The notes beneath the pieces are model-generated. The model was not told the origin of the DNA. It did no database searches and saw only the letters and a program-made list of their open reading frames with translations. A DNA stretch of 64,000 nt from Narcine bancroftii (lineage: Eukaryota). Shown here one piece after another: positions 62,250-64,000 of this stretch. The position numbers and the translations under genes are program-made. Each line of letters begins with the position of its first letter. Position 1 is the stretch's first letter. The stretch lies in the NCBI RefSeq assembly GCF_036971445.1, contig NC_091477.1, positions 113,584,001 to 113,648,000 of the forward strand, given 5' to 3'.

Positions 62250-62367
62250 TGTTGTGGGTGAGGAAACAGGTTTGGTAGGTCTCAAAGGCAAGGACTCTGG
62301 ACACGCAGTTTTAGTTGTGAAGGATTTTATTTACAGAAGGCAAGTGTGGGGAATGGTAACAGATGCA

Positions 62368-62430
<63 letters not shown>

Positions 62431-62893
62431 ATGAACTGGTACATACTATCATCAAGGAAAAATCAGTACAATACCCCACCGCCCCTTGACACTCTATGCT
62501 ACAAGGGACACTAATTAAACACTCCCAACCCTTTTAAATACTGCACATCTTACCAACAGTTTCTCCAATGCCCTTCCATGTTTCTAGGCCTAGAGTGAAG
62601 CAAGGTGGTCCCAAGCTGCAAAGGGAGAAAAACAAAGAACACATGGTACCTTTATCGTGCTGGAGGGTCCAGCCCAGGTCGTTAAGGGACAACAGCTCAG
62701 TGCTAGGAGGGTTAATCCAATTTCAATGACCCAAGGCCAAGAACAGACAGGCTGGAGAGTCCAGTCCATGTAATTTAAATGGGTCCAGCAGCAAGGTGTG
62801 CACTAATGGGTGGGACTGAACCAAACCATGATTGACAGCTGGTCTGTCCTCTGACTTGGTAGGTAGACCGTGCTGTCATGTGACAGCCACAAC
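62250..62893 (-). mobile_element. Possible solo LTR
   Basis: TGTTGTGG ... CCACAAC imperfect terminal repeat, TTTATT near the left end; no TSD confirmed. Confidence 0.35.
62370..62430. repeat. (CA)n microsatellite
   Basis: About 30 CA units with one TA interruption. Confidence 0.98.
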
Positions 62894-64000
62894 TTTTCCC
62901 AATGCACCCATGTTTTAACAAAACTAAAAAAAAACTCACTGCCCGTTAAGATATTTAAACTGCACTCCAACTTTCATGAATAATATGGATAACTGTTAAG
63001 CCTTAATGCTATACTTGGTTATCGACTGTGCTCATGAAGGTAATTTTTCAATAGCAATTTTCTATTAATAATTAACTGCCCTGATCAATTTAAAAACGAG
63101 GCAACTTCAGCATGAGGACATTTGAGGATGAGTGGATAAATAGCAATTCAAAGAATAAAGCTTGGTTAAGCGCAAAACAAAACCTTCATGACATTTCTCA
63201 TACAAAGTGACCAATAAAGAGAGTCTTGCATTATGCTATCCAGATTTATTCTTGTCGCCTGTGTGTTGAATCCTGGTACCATGTGAAGAGCACCCAAAGA
63301 GCGCAGGCCAAGTCAAAATACCACAAGCAGTGAAATTTTGAACTTGCTTCTGCTGTTAACAGTAAGGCCCCATCTGCCTTACTGAATTTCAGAATGTCCT
63401 GCTTTATTACAGCAAAATTGCATTTGACTTTGCTCTGTTACCCACGGAGAGGCAGTATTACTTCCCCTCGCCTTTCACATTGTTTGACTCTGATTTCATT
63501 CACCATGGTCATTTCTGGAGGGATTTGATGATAAATAATAGTTAGTGCCCAGGAAGAAAATGAAAAGCGGTGTTCCAGAGCCATTTATTCAGCAAATACG
63601 CTCAGGTTTCGCTGGCTCATTGGCAAGCAGCAATGGATGCTTAATTCAGTGTGACAGCACAAGGAACATGCCAGGGATGTGTGTAATTTGCATTTGCTGT
63701 AAATTCTCAGCAAAAATGAATTCTGAGTCTCTGCCTATTCCCCCATGGGCTTGAACCTTGCAGAAAACAATCCCAAATTTCACACCTCATTTGCGTCTCT
63801 CATTGACACTGTGCTGGAAACCATTTGAAACGAGAGCATGCAGCTGGAAGAGCTTATTTTAAGGGACCACGAGTGCAGCAAATCAAGTAGAAAACTTAAG
63901 TCACACTGCTAATATCTTGAGAAGTGCCTGCTTGGAACATCATGTGGGAGTAATACCATCATGTCCTGAAAGATATGGCATACAGTGATTAGAAACAGAT

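Noticed and set aside
62224-62514. ORF with (HT)n repeat
   Set aside because: Translation of a (CA)n microsatellite.

Overview
Eukaryotic, AT-rich, repeat-dense genomic DNA. The repeat complement (V-SINE/HE1-like SINEs, CR1, Rex1/Babar, RTE, Penelope relics) and the one host exon point to a cartilaginous fish (inference). The only host gene sequence I can support is the terminal coding exon of DIPK2A (C3orf58/DIA1) at 23272-23603 (+) with its 3' UTR. Positions 1-23271 are therefore probably one long intron and the rest is intergenic. The intron holds a three-level nest: the 5' end of an L1/Tx1-type LINE, split by a full-length decayed Ty3/Gypsy element (6904-13305), whose integrase is split by a CR1 LINE. 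Top observation: this Gypsy has no tRNA primer-binding site. The 15 nt in the PBS position are perfectly complementary to the element's own LTR segment carrying AATAAA, in the geometry expected for Tf1-like self-priming and/or poly(A)-signal masking. Its RT also reads YLDN rather than YxDD. Also notable: an RTE insertion bounded by one 12-bp TSD whose 5' part is both inverted and circularly permuted, compound hAT MITEs with swapped termini, head-to-head Penelope relics with hammerhead-like cores, and short locally templated duplications. All family assignments come from motif recognition by eye, and no searches were run.
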